Shown here: positions 62,510 to 64,000 of the stretch, one piece after another
How positions within the stretch are numbered: the first letter of the stretch is position 1
How the letters are laid out: the number at the start of each line of letters is the position of its first letter
NCBI GenBank assembly: GCA_016748015.1
Contig: JAAOMT010000519.1
Location: 264,046 to 328,045 of the forward strand
Source: Geosiphon pyriformis uo1
Lineage: Eukaryota > Fungi > Glomeromycota
Direction: 5' to 3'
DNA: 64,000 nt
Notes under the pieces: model-generated
Database searches by the model: none
What the model was told of the DNA's origin: nothing
What the model saw: the letters and a program-made list of their open reading frames with translations, nothing else
Translations under genes and position numbers: made by a program

Positions 62510-64000
62510 ATGAGTAAGACAGAAGATCAAACTTCTGATATGACCAACACGTCGACGACCCATGTAGACTCTATTGAAATACCGAAAAAAATAAGCAGTG
62601 ATTTGGGGACAAATTTAATAGACACCCCAACAGAAAAGTTCACGAAATTTAAAAGAAGAGTATGGAATTTTTTTAGGTCAAGGGCTTTCAAAAATACTTT
62701 TAAAGGTATTTTTTGACTTTCGGTTTGCCAATAAATTTCAGGCTGAAAATTGATTTATTATAGTTTTAATGATTTTTTTGATCTATTCCGAAAAAAGCTG
62801 CCCTTGCCTATTGGCTAGCCTTCATGCTCATATTTATTCATCCATTTGCGACTTGGTTTAAACGACCTTTAACCCTCTCGAATATTATTTTGGCAACCAT
62901 TGTCTTAAGCCCGTGAGGTTCAGTTATGTTTGATTTGTCGATTTAAATCTTGATCAGCTTCTAATCTCATGACTTCAAAAATAAATTTATTCAAACCAAA
63001 AGAGGCAAAACCGTTGGTGCCTTTTTGCAAGCCTTCTTCTTTTCATTATTCGGCATTTTCACTGGTGCCGCCCTCTTTGCATTTCTCGCTGGTGGTCTTA
63101 ATCAATCCCCACCTTTAATGATGGTGTTTTTGCTCCTGATAATTTATGGTGTTTCAGTTATTCGGGCGCTTATACCAAAACTTTTCTTATTTTGTCTACT
63201 TGTTTGTTTGACTTCTTTTCAAGGCGTATCCAATGCTTTAATAAGTGAGTACAATCTTTAACATTAATTTTTTTTGTACAAAAAGAAAATTTCTCAGTTT
63301 TCATCTTTTCCTTTAAAGATGACAAATTTGATCATGAACAATTGAGGGATTCGACAATTGGGTATCTGATTGGAAGTGGCATAGCTTTGGTATGTTTAAA
63401 GCCATTTAGGGATATATATTTTTTTTAATTTTCAAATTGGCTCCTAAACTAAATGAAAATTTAATTTCATAGTTAATCAACATATTAATATGGCCAGACT
63501 CTGCAGAAAGTGAACTTAGAATAAAATTAATGGACTCACTTGATAACTTATCGACCTTTAATACCTTAATGATTAAAACCTACCTGCTTACGCTCACCGA
63601 AGAAGATAAACACGCACGGGATAAAATTGCAAAGGTCGTTCGACAAGATATCGCTACTTTAATGCGAATGCTCGATGAAGCAGATTGTGAAATTACTTAT
63701 TCTGAATTTTCAATGAAAAACTTCAAAGGATGGGTTTCTAAAATCAAAAGATTACATCAATTCCTTTTGGCACTACATAGTAATCTTACACGGCAAGAAG
63801 ATGCAATTAAAAATAGTGATAAATTCAGGAAAGAATTTCTCGAGGTTCTTCGTGAACCACTAAATAATCTGGACACTGGTTGTCGGAGAGCAATTGCAGT
63901 TATAAAAGACCAAATTGACCCAAATATTCCAAAGCAACATCATGACTTGGAATCACATGGTAAAACTTCAGAAACTGGAGCCAATTGGAAAATGGGGGAT
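62510..64000 (+). CDS. ArAE/FUSC-type (ArAE_2_N, Bre4-like) membrane transporter, 5' part, truncated by the window end
   Basis: Exons 62510-62705, 62798-62912, 63003-63244, 63319-63389 and 63473 onward: NTFKAALAYWLAF...SPGKTVGAFLQ...YLIGSGIALLINILIWPDSAESELR...EADCEITYSEFS. Confidence 0.85.

Noticed and set aside
1-64000. tRNA, rRNA, CRISPR arrays, prokaryotic operons
   Set aside because: None seen by eye; the DNA is intron-containing and its tandem repeats lack unique spacers. tRNAscan-SE and Infernal were not run.

Overview
Eukaryotic, very AT-rich DNA with short GT-AG introns, most likely a Glomeromycotina/Mucoromycota fungus (inferred from base composition, intron style, and a stand-alone Sel1-repeat gene plus a KCTD-type BTB gene). 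Gene islands alternate with decayed AT-rich transposon DNA. Genes rebuilt by manual splicing: a 7-exon MHYT membrane sensor; a 7-exon PHD + AT-hook + linker-histone-like (H15) chromatin protein, head-to-head with an intronless ALY/Yra1-like RRM gene; a disrupted HP1/Swi6-like chromo + chromoshadow gene that the ORF track misses; a BTB protein with a probable GC-AG intron; an 8-exon PP2C; a Sel1-repeat protein; several orphan, single-TM or Ser/Thr-rich secreted proteins; a TMEM163-like cation-efflux transporter; and an ArAE/FUSC-type transporter that runs off the right end. Mobile DNA: a complete pogo element (TIRs, TA target duplication, spliced but broken DD35D transposase), three Tc1 relics, and a heavily transition-mutated Ty3/Gypsy pol relic. 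The most interesting item is the 7-kb cluster of three genes (PHD-H15, ALY-like, HP1-like) whose fission-yeast relatives all act in heterochromatin control. Family calls come from motif recognition only; no database search was run.
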